Shown here piece by piece: positions 29,971 through 40,709 of a stretch of DNA of 64,000 nucleotides; the stretch's first letter is position 1; each line of letters starts with the position of its first letter. The stretch spans positions 1 to 64,000 of the IMG/VR virus record IMGVR_UViG_3300040801_004532, one strand, 5' to 3'. The translations under genes were made by a program, and so were the position numbers. This DNA is from a virus. The notes beneath the pieces were generated by a model, which was not told the origin of the DNA, searched no databases, and saw only the letters and a list, made by a program, of their open reading frames with translations.

Positions 29971-31422
29971 TTATGCACCAATACTTAAAGTTGCAATCCC
30001 GGATGCCCTAACAAGAGCAGTTGCGTATCTACTTAGGATTGTCAAGCTTGGTGTATAGCCAAGTGGATACGGATGCAAAACTGCTGGCACATATGGGCTG
30101 TAAAAGTAAATAGCCTTTAGTTCTTCAACTGGTTTGTACACCATCAACATTGTTCCTTGTGTTACGACTGCTGATGTAAGAACTTTCCATTTTCCACCAG
30201 CAACTGTGGCTGAACGGTAACCTAGATCACCATCAACTGAGCTTGTTCCTGTATAGTTGAAGGTTTGTAGATCTTCAAGAATAGCAACATCTAGTGGGTT
30301 AGCTAGAATTGTATTTCCAGCTTCGATGTTGGTATCTGTATAGATCTGACCTGATAGTTCGTTCAATGGAACAATGATGTTCTCATGCCAATACTTGGTT
30401 CCCCATGTATATGTAACAGGTGGGGTACGGTTGAATGTCTTTTGATGTGTTGCAGAGTTCAAGCGAGTATTGGCTGTGATTAGAGCATTGATGATTTCTC
30501 TGTCAATGTCTAGCGCTACTTGCTGACCAAGAATGTTTACGATTTCAGCTTGCATTGAAACATCAAATAGAGCTCTCATGTCTTGCTCCATGTTGATTGT
30601 CCAATTTGCTGAGATCTGGCGGTCTCTTGCATATAGACGAATTTTGTCTACATTAAGAGTTACGCTTGGGTTAATTCTGTTTTCTTCTAGTGAAGTGGTT
30701 ACCTGGAAACGAGCATATAGAACTGTTCCAGTTGTACTAGAAATGTCTACAGTACCATTTAGGAAATCAACTTTACCAGAGATAACGTCAGCGGAACCAC
30801 CAACTGTTACACTTGATGAAAAGTGTCCTTCAACAGCAGGTACAATTGAAACGTCTGTCCATGCAGTACCGTCTGTAGAAACACCAGTAATTTCGAAGTC
30901 TCTTTCAAGGTGAGCCTGTGTGCTATTAAGACCAATTACACCAAGAACATCATATGACGAACTTGGAACAGCCATTGAAGCAGAAACAGGTGTACCTATT
31001 GCGGCACCTTGTGAAATATCTGTGCTTGTTACGGGTGCATCATACTGAGAAGGATTGTTTGATGGACTAAACTTGGCTTTAATAAACGCCTTAACTGTTT
31101 CAGGTTTGTCCATTGGTGAAACTGTTACGGCTTCTTTTGCAACTAGTTTCGGATAAAATACACGAAGAATGGGTAGAGTTAATGTTTCATATGGGTTGAT
31201 CTGAAACATTGAGTTCTCTAGAAGGTTAATTCTTGTGTTTTCCGCTAGCTGAACAAAAGCTGCCCGGTCTTTTTTGCTCTCGATTGATTCCGCTAGACCT
31301 TGTACATACGCATCAAAAGCAGCGTCATCAACAAGAACGGCTTTTAGATTACCTGGCTTTGATGGATCAATACCAGACATCTTTTTAGTGGTCGCATAGA
31401 CCTCTTGTAGCAACTCTTTCAT
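29971..31422 (-). CDS. Major capsid protein candidate (T4 gp23-like / HK97 fold)
   Basis: 483 aa, followed by a strong terminator and preceded by scaffold-like genes. Weak similarity of the C-terminus (FYSPYVP…) to gp23. Confidence 0.45.
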   Translation of the reverse strand: MKELLQEVYATTKKMSGIDPSKPGNLKAVLVDDAAFDAYVQGLAESIESKKDRAAFVQLAENTRINLLENSMFQINPYETLTLPILRVFYPKLVAKEAVTVSPMDKPETVKAFIKAKFSPSNNPSQYDAPVTSTDISQGAAIGTPVSASMAVPSSSYDVLGVIGLNSTQAHLERDFEITGVSTDGTAWTDVSIVPAVEGHFSSSVTVGGSADVISGKVDFLNGTVDISSTTGTVLYARFQVTTSLEENRINPSVTLNVDKIRLYARDRQISANWTINMEQDMRALFDVSMQAEIVNILGQQVALDIDREIINALITANTRLNSATHQKTFNRTPPVTYTWGTKYWHENIIVPLNELSGQIYTDTNIEAGNTILANPLDVAILEDLQTFNYTGTSSVDGDLGYRSATVAGGKWKVLTSAVVTQGTMLMVYKPVEELKAIYFYSPYVPAVLHPYPLGYTPSLTILSRYATALVRASGIATLSIGA

Positions 31423-31582
31423 AACCCTTTAACCTCCATAGTAAATTTTTTTTGGGTAAAGCATACATCTCACTCTAGCTTTTGGATTATGTTCTAAACT
31501 TATGATAAGATTGGTTTTATGCTAAAAAGGAGGGATATTTGAGTTTTAAACTGAATTGATAAAATTGGCTTGAGAATTAAAC

Positions 31583-31996
31583 TTAACGAGAAAATCTTTT
31601 ACTAATTGTTGTGAGTGTATTTCTCAAATGGTAATCAAGTTTTTCATCTGATAACTTAGTAATAATTTTAAGTAACACAGTTGTTTCGTGTTTAAGTGTT
31701 CCATCATAAACTAACCCTGAAGAAATAAGTTTATCAATTCTATCAAGTAATTTTGAAATCTTTTTCTTTCTTTTGTAGTCTTCCATTAACCTTTCAAGGT
31801 CTTCCTTGTTTTTCTTAACGCTTATTTTTTTGTTTTCTATTTCTGTTTTAATATCTTCAATTTCGCCAATTCTTGTGGAATAAATTTCGCTAAACAATGG
31901 ATAAACATTTTGGATAATGTTATCTGCCAGAACTAGTTTGGATTCATCAATATTTTCTGGAACAACATTTGGAATAGAGGTTTCTTCTATGATCAT
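31583..31996 (-). CDS. hypothetical coiled-coil protein (scaffold-like)
   Basis: 137 aa. Confidence 0.3.
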   Translation of the reverse strand: MIIEETSIPNVVPENIDESKLVLADNIIQNVYPLFSEIYSTRIGEIEDIKTEIENKKISVKKNKEDLERLMEDYKRKKKISKLLDRIDKLISSGLVYDGTLKHETTVLLKIITKLSDEKLDYHLRNTLTTISKRFSR

Positions 31997-32283
31997 AGTT
32001 CACTCCCGATAGATTCTAGAAGTTCCATTTGCTTTCTTGAGTTCTGGTCATCTAGAATCTCAATTCGTTGTATTATATCATTCTTTATAGTATCGGATTG
32101 TTCTAGTAGAGCATTTTGTTTTTCTCTTTTTTTCCTTAGCGACTCAATTCTATTTTCAACTATTTCTAGTTCATTCCTTAGTTGAAAATTGGGGTCATTT
32201 TTGCATATCAAAAATATTCGATCTACAATTGATGGTAGAAGGACTTGTGGATTTTCTTTTTTGTCTATATTCTCAACTTTCAC
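31993..32283 (-). CDS. hypothetical coiled-coil protein
   Basis: 96 aa. Confidence 0.3.
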   Translation of the reverse strand: MKVENIDKKENPQVLLPSIVDRIFLICKNDPNFQLRNELEIVENRIESLRKKREKQNALLEQSDTIKNDIIQRIEILDDQNSRKQMELLESIGSEL

Positions 32284-32293
32284 ATTAGACTCC

Positions 32294-32704
32294 TTACTGT
32301 TTTTGGTAGGCTTGTTTTTTTATTTCTTTGAATCTATTTGAAAAGAATTTAATCTGATCAGAAATTTTCATCATTCTACCAGAAACCTTTTCTTTACATT
32401 TCTCAGGATTTTTGGCTTTTTGACATTTTGCCATATTCTGTTTTAATTTTTGAAGTTGAAGATTTTTAGCCGTTATCCTTGCTTTTAACATACATAAGGC
32501 TTTTTCTTCGGGCGGCAACGTGCCACATTGTCTAGCTGCTTTTGTAAAATAGTCTTTATATATTTTAAATCCATGTTGTAAAATACTAACTGCAGATAAT
32601 CCAATCCCAACTGCTGCTAGAGGAACAACCTCATCAACATAATTCAAGTGATCAAGATACTCATCAACTAGAATATGTTTTTCCATATTACACCCATCTA
32701 TCAA
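32294..32704 (-). CDS. hypothetical Lys/Cys-rich protein (paralogue of 33370..33912)
   Basis: Shared YK.Y..AA..CG…KC…P..CK.K motifs. Confidence 0.3.
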   Translation of the reverse strand: MIDGCNMEKHILVDEYLDHLNYVDEVVPLAAVGIGLSAVSILQHGFKIYKDYFTKAARQCGTLPPEEKALCMLKARITAKNLQLQKLKQNMAKCQKAKNPEKCKEKVSGRMMKISDQIKFFSNRFKEIKKQAYQKQ

Positions 32705-33350
32705 AGAAAGTATATACCTTCTTTTCGATTAATTTATCAAAATAATCTGGCATAAAACATTGTCCATTTACACAAACAAGACCATTTCTATTTTCAAAAA
32801 GCATGCTTTGCTCAAATTTCATTTCGTTAAAATCAACAACTGCTGCTTGATGTGATGGAGAAGAAACACAATCAAAGGCAATAATTGTTAGAGGAGCTTT
32901 AACCTCATTATAATCAGTTCGTCTTTCTAATTCCGCCAGCCCTCTCATGCTAAATCCAACGCCGGTTTTATCTCTCAATAACCCAAGAAGAATCCCACCA
33001 TTTGGAGTGCTTGTTGTTTCCATTTCAGCATACAACATGTTATTTCTAAATTCATAATCACGAATAATATGAGAAACTTTTTCAAGAGAAACGGTAGTTT
33101 GCCTAATACCATCAACCTGGTTATTTCCAGTTGGTAGTGGATGATCAAGTTCTGAATAAAATGCTCTTCGTCTCATTCTTGACTCGCAATTAGTCATTCC
33201 TTCAGAAAGGACAGAAGAAGGATATAATCTATGGTTCTGATTTACTTCATCCACGGTTTGAATTGGGCATCTGAAGATGGCTTTTGCGGGGGTTTCCCTA
33301 ACCATCTGTGCCTCTGCCAATACAGTACCTTCAATAATTAGCTTACCCAT
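32688..33350 (-). CDS. putative prohead protease / prohead core protein
   Basis: 220 aa. Assigned by position only, between scaffold-like genes and the capsid candidate as in T4 gene order. Confidence 0.25.
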   Translation of the reverse strand: MGKLIIEGTVLAEAQMVRETPAKAIFRCPIQTVDEVNQNHRLYPSSVLSEGMTNCESRMRRRAFYSELDHPLPTGNNQVDGIRQTTVSLEKVSHIIRDYEFRNNMLYAEMETTSTPNGGILLGLLRDKTGVGFSMRGLAELERRTDYNEVKAPLTIIAFDCVSSPSHQAAVVDFNEMKFEQSMLFENRNGLVCVNGQCFMPDYFDKLIEKKVYTFFDRWV

Positions 33351-33369
33351 CTTATTTATCTCCTGATGT

Positions 33370-33912
33370 TTATAGTTGGCCCATTTTTGCTTTTTCTTTA
33401 GAAATTTTTGCTTGTATTTTTTGTTTGCATGTAGTCGGATCTTTGGTGTTTCCGCATTTACTAAGTGCTGATTGCATAGCTTGAATTTTAGCTTTTTGAG
33501 CGTCTTGTTTGAATTTAGACATACAATTTGTTTTTTCGACTCCAGATTTTCCTTTACATGCTTTTGCTGCTTTAGACAAAAATCTTTTATATGCTTTATA
33601 TGCTAAAGCCCCTGCTAATGCAACAACTGCCGCTGCTTGCATACCGCTTGCTTGACCAGCCTTAAATGAAGCACCAATAGGGTCTTTATAGTTATTAATA
33701 GCGGAAACAGCAGCACCCCATCCTCCTTCTCTTAGAGAAGTTTTATCTTTCATAATTCCTTCTATTAAAAGACACTTCATTTGATCCATAGTCGCTTCAA
33801 TAACAAATTGATGAAGCTGCGATTTTTCATCATCTGAAAGATTATCATGTTCATCAATATAGAAACTTGTAAAAATTTTTATATCGTCTAGTTTGCCAAA
33901 ATTTAAGTTCAT
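33370..33912 (-). CDS. hypothetical Lys/Cys-rich protein (paralogue of 32294..32704)
   Basis: 180 aa. Confidence 0.3.
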   Translation of the reverse strand: MNLNFGKLDDIKIFTSFYIDEHDNLSDDEKSQLHQFVIEATMDQMKCLLIEGIMKDKTSLREGGWGAAVSAINNYKDPIGASFKAGQASGMQAAAVVALAGALAYKAYKRFLSKAAKACKGKSGVEKTNCMSKFKQDAQKAKIQAMQSALSKCGNTKDPTTCKQKIQAKISKEKAKMGQL

Positions 33913-33913
33913 C

Positions 33914-34807
33914 TTATTTATCTCCTGTTTTTGCCTGTTTTTTATAGTAATCTTTTATAGAATCATAAACCTCTTTTATGAACTTATAGTATATCACAAT
34001 AATTTCGTTGAGTTTTCCTTTATAAGAGTTAAAGTTAGCAGAGATTATTTCAAATAATTCGATGGCTTGCGATACATAATTTCTAACCTTCAATAACTCT
34101 TCACTTGACTCACTTCCCAAATAGGCTTCAATTGCAGTCATACGAGCATATACTTTTTTTAGTTCATAAATTCTACCTAATTCTGTGGGCGATTTTTCTT
34201 CTTCTTCTTGTCCCATTCCCATATCGCCGCCCATACCTGCTGTTTCATCGCCCATTCCAACATCACCACCAGTATCTCCCAAGTCGCCGCTAGCACCTGC
34301 TTCATCTCCAAGTCCAGCATCCGGGTCAGAACCAGCAGCATGTACTGCTGTCTCTGGATCTTCTCCAACTTCTCCACCCTCTATATCTTCTTCATCAACC
34401 TCTTCATCAGACTCGCCAGTTGCTTCTTCAGCAGATTCCTCACCTGCTGTTGCAGCCATAGCTGCTTCATCCTCTGGATCTAGTTCCTCTTCTCCTTCTG
34501 GTGGTTCAAACTCTTCTTCTTCTGGATCAATATCTTTTGATTTCTTTTTCTTATCCTTTTTTTCATCATCTTCCTGTTCAAGGATTCTTAACCAATCTTC
34601 TTGTTCTAAAGGATAATAGTTGCTTCCAGCTTTCTTTCCTTTTGGTAAAGCAAATGGCCGATGTGTAACATAAGGCGTATCGACGGCATCAGGAACATCA
34701 ATATGATCATCTTCTGGATCATCTGTATATGGAGGATATTGAAAATTAAAACCAGGCCCAAATACCTCATCCTGAAGAAGTTTATGTATCTTTTTTAGTC
34801 TAGACAT
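33914..34807 (-). CDS. Highly acidic low-complexity protein (scaffold / internal-core-like)
   Basis: D/E/G-rich tract of about 150 aa. Confidence 0.4.
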   Translation of the reverse strand: MSRLKKIHKLLQDEVFGPGFNFQYPPYTDDPEDDHIDVPDAVDTPYVTHRPFALPKGKKAGSNYYPLEQEDWLRILEQEDDEKKDKKKKSKDIDPEEEEFEPPEGEEELDPEDEAAMAATAGEESAEEATGESDEEVDEEDIEGGEVGEDPETAVHAAGSDPDAGLGDEAGASGDLGDTGGDVGMGDETAGMGGDMGMGQEEEEKSPTELGRIYELKKVYARMTAIEAYLGSESSEELLKVRNYVSQAIELFEIISANFNSYKGKLNEIIVIYYKFIKEVYDSIKDYYKKQAKTGDK

Positions 34808-36730
34808 TTAGAATGCTGCTCCTCCAAAGCCTCCTCCTGCTCCACCTAAACCGCCCATATCATCTTCATCTTTTTTAGATGGATCAAGCGATTGCTCAAC
34901 ATTTTGGTCAATATTATACTTCTTGATTTCATCCCAATCAAAATGAGATAAGTATTTCTTTTTGGCATATTCTTTTGGAATTCCGATTCGATCAAGACTT
35001 TCAATTAGACCAACAAGCTCATTCATGTATCTTGCCTCTCGTTCATATTGTAGAGATTTTGGTGCAGGAAGATTAACTTCGACGTTATCAAATATTTGTA
35101 GTGCCTCGTCTGGATCTATAATCTCAAAAACCTTTTCTAATAGATCTCTAATCTGCATACTGATATATTTTTGATGTCCAATTACAGTTCTTGCAAATAG
35201 AATATTCTCTTCACTTAATGCTGCCTTATTTGAAAGGTTTTCTTCTATTCCAATAAAACTAGGCGGAATACCCCAAGAGGCTGTTAATTGATCTCGCATA
35301 AATTTTAACTCATCTGTTTTACTTCTAACATCAACATTGCCTTCATTAAATGTACTAATATCAACAAAAGGTTTTCCATCCTTTTGTGGAATGTAAACAT
35401 CTTCGAACGTTGTAATCATACTTGGAATTGTATCAACAGTTCCAAAGCTATCAAGACTAACCTTTCTTTTTCTAAACTCTTCTTTCATCTGTTCAATAGC
35501 TTTTCTTGCATCACGAGGCAAACCAATTTCAACAGCAATCTTTCTTTTCTCTGTTGATCTCGACAATCTTTGAACTGCTAATGCAGTTTCAAGAGCAATT
35601 AAAACTTTAGCCGAATACTGTGAAGAATCAAACACTGACTCCCCATATGGATAATATTTTGTAGATGGAATTTGAAAATGAGTCATCTTGTCCGGCGGAA
35701 CATATCTGATCTCTAGTGCTTGAGTTGGATCAGAATGTTGAATCATATAGACAATAATATCTTTAAGTTCCTGATTATCTTTAAACTCGCCCATCTGTGG
35801 AATTTTCTTTTCAAGATTCCTTAAAATCGACAGACAAATATTGTTTACAGCTTCGTCTTCCAAATTCGTTCCTACGATATTCATTCCCCTAAAAGTAGGG
35901 AATACTAAATATCCAAAACAAACTGGGAACAATGAACTCTGTAGTTTAACAATTGAACTGGGTTTATGAAAAACTAAATGTATATTTGAAACCTTTACCT
36001 TTTTACTTGTATCATTTTGTTCCGAAAAAGATGAATAGTCAATCTTTATATTTAATGATCTATCCTTTTTTCCTTCTTTAAATGTTTCATTCCAAACGGA
36101 CAGATCTCCATTATTTATTTTATTTTGAATGTGGTCACGATATGCGGTTGTTTCACTTAGCATTGATTTGCTTGTAAGAGCAATCTTTGGAGAGGCAATC
36201 TCGCAGAAGAAATCGCCATATAATAGCGTATTTCTAACAACTATATCTAGTCGCTTTTCAAGCCCAATTTCTTTTATTACTTCTTTGACTCGTTTAACTC
36301 TTGACTCGGCAGATTCTTCATCCTCAATATAGCTAGTTGGTTTAACATCAAGCGATACTTTTGTAATATCATCTGGTGAAAGAATATTATCAACAAGAAC
36401 TGCCAACGCTCTATGGGCATAGTTAATATTTGAAATGATGGCTTCATACGTCTTATAACGCATCAACCTAGCGGCTTGACCAAAAGCAGCAGGACCAGCT
36501 TGGGATTGTGAAAATATCCCGCCTGCTGAAAGACCAACGCCAGTTGTTGATTTCGAAATTACAGCTCTAACTAAATCAATATATCCATTTCTTCCACTGT
36601 GGGATTTGTATGTAACAATATCCTTGACAGCTTTATCTAGAGCTGTATCAATTTTCTGAGTTTTCGTTCCTACGACATTCGACTTAAGCTGTGTAAATAA
36701 ATCTGCTAGCTTTTTATTTTCTGGCATCAA
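34808..36730 (-). CDS. portal protein candidate
   Basis: 640 aa, assigned by position in the head module. Gly-rich C-terminal tail. Confidence 0.35.
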   Translation of the reverse strand: MMPENKKLADLFTQLKSNVVGTKTQKIDTALDKAVKDIVTYKSHSGRNGYIDLVRAVISKSTTGVGLSAGGIFSQSQAGPAAFGQAARLMRYKTYEAIISNINYAHRALAVLVDNILSPDDITKVSLDVKPTSYIEDEESAESRVKRVKEVIKEIGLEKRLDIVVRNTLLYGDFFCEIASPKIALTSKSMLSETTAYRDHIQNKINNGDLSVWNETFKEGKKDRSLNIKIDYSSFSEQNDTSKKVKVSNIHLVFHKPSSIVKLQSSLFPVCFGYLVFPTFRGMNIVGTNLEDEAVNNICLSILRNLEKKIPQMGEFKDNQELKDIIVYMIQHSDPTQALEIRYVPPDKMTHFQIPSTKYYPYGESVFDSSQYSAKVLIALETALAVQRLSRSTEKRKIAVEIGLPRDARKAIEQMKEEFRKRKVSLDSFGTVDTIPSMITTFEDVYIPQKDGKPFVDISTFNEGNVDVRSKTDELKFMRDQLTASWGIPPSFIGIEENLSNKAALSEENILFARTVIGHQKYISMQIRDLLEKVFEIIDPDEALQIFDNVEVNLPAPKSLQYEREARYMNELVGLIESLDRIGIPKEYAKKKYLSHFDWDEIKKYNIDQNVEQSLDPSKKDEDDMGGLGGAGGGFGGAAF

Positions 36731-36738
36731 TGGACTCC

Positions 36739-37002
36739 TTATCGTCTAGCTTGACTTCTAACCCTTGGTCCATATTTATCATGGATCATATTTCTGTATT
36801 TATGGTAGAGATCACGATACTTAACCATTCTTTTATATAAGGGGTCGTTTCTTTTTCTTGCTGCAATACTTGAAAGTTGCCCCGCAGCCCTTTTAATTTT
36901 TGATTGTCCTGTAATCGTGGCTTTTGAGGTTAGTTTCGATTCGTCAAGTGAGTTTAGATATTCTGTGACCTTATTATCAATATTGCCTTGACTCATTATC
37001 AA
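36739..37002 (-). CDS. hypothetical protein
   Basis: 87 aa. Confidence 0.3.
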   Translation of the reverse strand: MIMSQGNIDNKVTEYLNSLDESKLTSKATITGQSKIKRAAGQLSSIAARKRNDPLYKRMVKYRDLYHKYRNMIHDKYGPRVRSQARR

Positions 37003-37426
37003 CTTGCCCCTCTTGTTTCTCCATCATGGTATCCATAGAAGATTTCCTGACTTCGTCCGCTTCATAGCGGGTATTGAAATATTCAATCATGTTGAATATC
37101 AGCGTATCTTCATCCCCATAGAGAAACACAAATTCTTTATATAAATTTGGTCCTATTAGCTTAATAACCAATCGAGCAAAATCCTGAGAAATTACATTAA
37201 AATCTTCGTCATTAACTCTTGAAGCATCTAATGAATAAACTAAAATCCTGTCCTTATGAATAATCTCATATGCTTTATTCATATGATATTCTAAAACTGA
37301 TGCGTAATCGGTAAATTTTGTAACTATGTTATTCCTTCGTTTGCTTTTTAAAGTTGCCAGTAAAAGATATACACACGATAGAATTGAGATCCCTAAAAAA
37401 GTTGTTAAAACATATATTATTGTCAT
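36977..37426 (-). CDS. hypothetical membrane protein
   Basis: N-terminal TM helix. Confidence 0.3.
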   Translation of the reverse strand: MTIIYVLTTFLGISILSCVYLLLATLKSKRRNNIVTKFTDYASVLEYHMNKAYEIIHKDRILVYSLDASRVNDEDFNVISQDFARLVIKLIGPNLYKEFVFLYGDEDTLIFNMIEYFNTRYEADEVRKSSMDTMMEKQEGQVDNESRQY

Positions 37427-37427
37427 A

Positions 37428-37700
37428 TCAGTCAGAAATTATATCCTCTTGAATTTCTTCTTTCGCTGTCTCTTGTTGTTGCCCCAATTCAAAATTTTCT
37501 GTGTCTATATCTTCAACTGTAATGGCGGAAATTTTACTGGGTCGGATTATAGTCGAACATGTTGATGTATGCAAAATAGAAACGTTATTACTTTCTAGAA
37601 GACTTGATGTCTTTCTGGTATATTCCTCTATGGGTGTCTTATCATCATCTTTAATTAGAATTGGACTACCCCCGTCTTGATAAATTATGATTTGTTTCAT
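37428..37700 (-). CDS. hypothetical protein
   Basis: 90 aa. Confidence 0.3.
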   Translation of the reverse strand: MKQIIIYQDGGSPILIKDDDKTPIEEYTRKTSSLLESNNVSILHTSTCSTIIRPSKISAITVEDIDTENFELGQQQETAKEEIQEDIISD

Positions 37701-38020
37701 TAGCCGCTCTCTTTCATAAATTTATCAAGTAAAGATTTAGGCTCCTCATTTGATTTATTATCCGAGGGTTTAGACTCTTCTATGATTAGAGGGGGTGTGT
37801 CTATCTTCTGTAACTCTACTTCATCTTGTTCAACCTTTCTTTCATTAGGATCTATTACCTCAAAATTTTCAATTTCAGCCATTTTTAGGGCGATTCGCAT
37901 TTGAATAAGCTCTTTTTCTGAAAGCTCTATTTCAACAGGAGTTCGCAATTTTCTATTTCTAAAACGAATCATCCTATTATTGTCTCTTATTATTAAGATT
38001 TTCATATCTTCCCTTTCCAA
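37700..38020 (-). CDS. hypothetical protein
   Basis: 106 aa. Confidence 0.3.
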   Translation of the reverse strand: MEREDMKILIIRDNNRMIRFRNRKLRTPVEIELSEKELIQMRIALKMAEIENFEVIDPNERKVEQDEVELQKIDTPPLIIEESKPSDNKSNEEPKSLLDKFMKESG

Positions 38021-38088
38021 AACCGACCAAAGGTTAAGCAGGCATCATTACCTGCTTAACCTTCAGGTCTATAAATATAGAGAAAATT

Positions 38089-39096
38089 TTACTCGTCGTC
38101 TTCGATGGCTTCTTTGAAGATTCTAAAGGCTTCTTCATATTCATCGCCTTGATCTTCATTATCCATCTTTCTTTGTAGAGATGGTGGGGGAGCATGACCC
38201 GCTCCCGAACCTTGTTCGTTCATCTCTTTATCGACGTCGAGGTCTTCCTCGTCTTCTTCCTCACCACCTTCCTCGTCTTTTTCTTCTTGCTCATTGTAGT
38301 TTTTGGCCTTTACCATTTTATCATGAATATCTTTTCGTGGAGGGATTTGGCCTTCTGCATCACCTGTACCTGCTTGCTCTGTACCAGCACCTTCCGTATC
38401 TTCTTCTGGGCCTGAAGCTTTCTTTTCTTTTGGAGCTTCCATTCCTGGTTTTGGTCCGTCACCAGTATAGGACATATCTCCCTCTTCTACTTCTTCCTCT
38501 CCTTCTTCTTCCTCTCCTTCTTCATCTTCCATTTCAGCAATCAGTTTTTCAATAACTGCATTTTCTAGACCTTCAGTCATATCTTCTTCTTCTTCGTCTT
38601 CCTCTTCTTCCTCTTCTTCGTCTTCCTGTTCCTTCACATATTTCTTACCTTTAGGAACTTTCTTTCCAGACCATTCGGCTTCTTCCATTTCTTCCTTTTC
38701 GTCTTCTTCGTCTTCTTCTTTCTCGCCTTTTTCCTCTTGTTCCTTGGCTATTTCTTTTGCGGCGTCTTTCTTTGAACCTGAAATATTGCCTGCATCAGAA
38801 GTTCCAGCTTGTTCTGTACCTGTTCCTTCACCATGTTTTTCTGAAGCTGTTTTCTTTTCAGTACCATCTTCATTATAGTCACCTTCTGATACCTCAACAC
38901 CAGCATCTTGTGACTCATTGAAGTAATACCGTTCTAAAATACTAGCTGCGTCCTTATAAACTGGCAACTCGCCTTGCCCGTCCCATTTCAGAATGGGATC
39001 TAGCATGGGTCCTTTAACATCGACAGATTTCGATGTATCAAATTCAGAAATTGCCTGTTTCAATAAGTTCTGGTATGAAACTCTTTTTCTACTCAT
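38089..39096 (-). CDS. Highly acidic protein (poly-E/D)
   Basis: 335 aa with EEEEEEEDEEEEDM tracts. Confidence 0.4.
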   Translation of the reverse strand: MSRKRVSYQNLLKQAISEFDTSKSVDVKGPMLDPILKWDGQGELPVYKDAASILERYYFNESQDAGVEVSEGDYNEDGTEKKTASEKHGEGTGTEQAGTSDAGNISGSKKDAAKEIAKEQEEKGEKEEDEEDEKEEMEEAEWSGKKVPKGKKYVKEQEDEEEEEEEDEEEEDMTEGLENAVIEKLIAEMEDEEGEEEEGEEEVEEGDMSYTGDGPKPGMEAPKEKKASGPEEDTEGAGTEQAGTGDAEGQIPPRKDIHDKMVKAKNYNEQEEKDEEGGEEEDEEDLDVDKEMNEQGSGAGHAPPPSLQRKMDNEDQGDEYEEAFRIFKEAIEDDE

Positions 39097-39198
39097 TTTT
39101 AGTTATCCTCCTAGAATAATTAAGAAAGTAATAACCAGTTTCCTTGGCATTTGATTTTTGTTCTAAACTACATAACCTATAAAACCCCAGTTTAATTC

Positions 39199-40701
39199 TT
39201 AAAGCATTCCTCCCATTCCTGTGAATGTCATTAATTCACAATGACCATCACTATTCTTTTTATCACTTGAATCTCTATTACTTTTTCTTGTTGCACTAAT
39301 AAATTTAAACCTTTCAAAATCAACCTTAAAATCAATCGCTACATTACTTTGTCCTGATCTGTTTTTTCCAATCTTGCCATGAACAAGATTATCATCAACT
39401 GGATCCTTAGCTAAAAGACCAACAAAATCAGCATGTTCTACTTTTTTGATTGATTCTGAAATTTGATCAACTCCAAGCTCTTTAGAGTCATTAATTTTAT
39501 ATGCAGAACGACCCAATTGAGTTGCAGTTATAATTGGTATATTATATTGAACAGCAAGGGTTTTTAATGCTAATGCAATATGCCCAAGCTCTAATCTATA
39601 TATATCATATCTAGTATCTGTTTTTAATAAATCTAGATAATCAACATAAAGTCCTGCAATTTTAGAATTTGGATATTGATCAATGGTATCATCAATAACA
39701 CCCATAAGATCCAATGGACTCATTGAAGTGGGTGGGAAATATTTCATTATGATTGTTGCGCTATTTTCATCAAGACGATCAAAAATCCTCTTTTTAATAT
39801 CTACCTTTTGACTAATCTCTGTTAGAAATTGTTTAATTGTTACATCAAATAATGGTTGATATGTTCTCATTAAAGATTCTTCAATTGTATTTTCCATAGT
39901 TACATAAATGAAAACATTATGAACCTCGCCTTTAACTGGTTGCTTTGCTTCTGGGATTGCTCTCATAGCGGTCGATGTTGCAGAAAATATAATTGAGTTA
40001 TTTAAAATTGTTGATTTCCCTGCTCCAGACCCCCCACCCCAAACATACAACCTTGAAGGTTCATACCCCCCAAATAAAATTTCATCAAGAAGAGGAAATC
40101 CAGTTGGGGTTTTATTTACCCTGTCATATTTCCTAAGGATCATTTCTTTAACACTATCAAAATCATCTTTATATAAATCGAGTGATGCTGCAGCCTCTAT
40201 TGCCATCGCTCTGTTATTTTCCATCATATTTGAATAAAGCTGTTTTATTGTAACCTCATAGTCTTCAATCAAATCATCAATTGAGTCAAATGATCCATCT
40301 TTAATTGACTCCAAAACCTTATCTAGATCATCATAATTTTTAAACAGAGAATTAATTTTCTTTCTTAATCTAACCTGTTTTACAATGTCCTGAAATACTG
40401 ATTCTTTTAATTCCTCGTGAATTTTTGAATCTAGAAAATCTTTGTGTTGGTTAAATTTTTCACTAAAAGCAATACTGTCTAGAACATTCTCGATAGTCTT
40501 ATCCTCAAGAAGAAGTTGGCAAATTGTCTTGAGACAATCTAATTTTGATTTTATTGTGACAGGAATTTCAAATGCCTGTTTGGATTCACTAAATAGAAGA
40601 ATATCTAATAAATCTCGATATAAAGCTTTTGTCTTTTTGATTCTTGAATTTTTATTAAGAATTAATGTAAAACAAGAATTTAGAAACGACTCTGTTATCA
40701 T
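39199..40701 (-). CDS. Replicative DNA helicase (DnaB / gp41 family)
   Basis: Walker A GGGSGAGKST, Walker B YVDYLDLL (DnaB IDYLQLM), H3-like IITATQLGRS. Confidence 0.55.
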   Translation of the reverse strand: MITESFLNSCFTLILNKNSRIKKTKALYRDLLDILLFSESKQAFEIPVTIKSKLDCLKTICQLLLEDKTIENVLDSIAFSEKFNQHKDFLDSKIHEELKESVFQDIVKQVRLRKKINSLFKNYDDLDKVLESIKDGSFDSIDDLIEDYEVTIKQLYSNMMENNRAMAIEAAASLDLYKDDFDSVKEMILRKYDRVNKTPTGFPLLDEILFGGYEPSRLYVWGGGSGAGKSTILNNSIIFSATSTAMRAIPEAKQPVKGEVHNVFIYVTMENTIEESLMRTYQPLFDVTIKQFLTEISQKVDIKKRIFDRLDENSATIIMKYFPPTSMSPLDLMGVIDDTIDQYPNSKIAGLYVDYLDLLKTDTRYDIYRLELGHIALALKTLAVQYNIPIITATQLGRSAYKINDSKELGVDQISESIKKVEHADFVGLLAKDPVDDNLVHGKIGKNRSGQSNVAIDFKVDFERFKFISATRKSNRDSSDKKNSDGHCELMTFTGMGGML

Positions 40702-40709
40702 TAATGATT

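Noticed and set aside
34105-34616. Plus-strand ORFs (34105..34293, 34185..34616, 34208..34483) antisense to the acidic protein
   Set aside because: Ser/Pro low-complexity antisense translation of a GAA/GAT-rich gene.
38181-38555. Plus-strand ORFs antisense to the poly-acidic protein 38089..39096
   Set aside because: Leu/Phe-rich antisense of a GAA-rich tract. No RBS.
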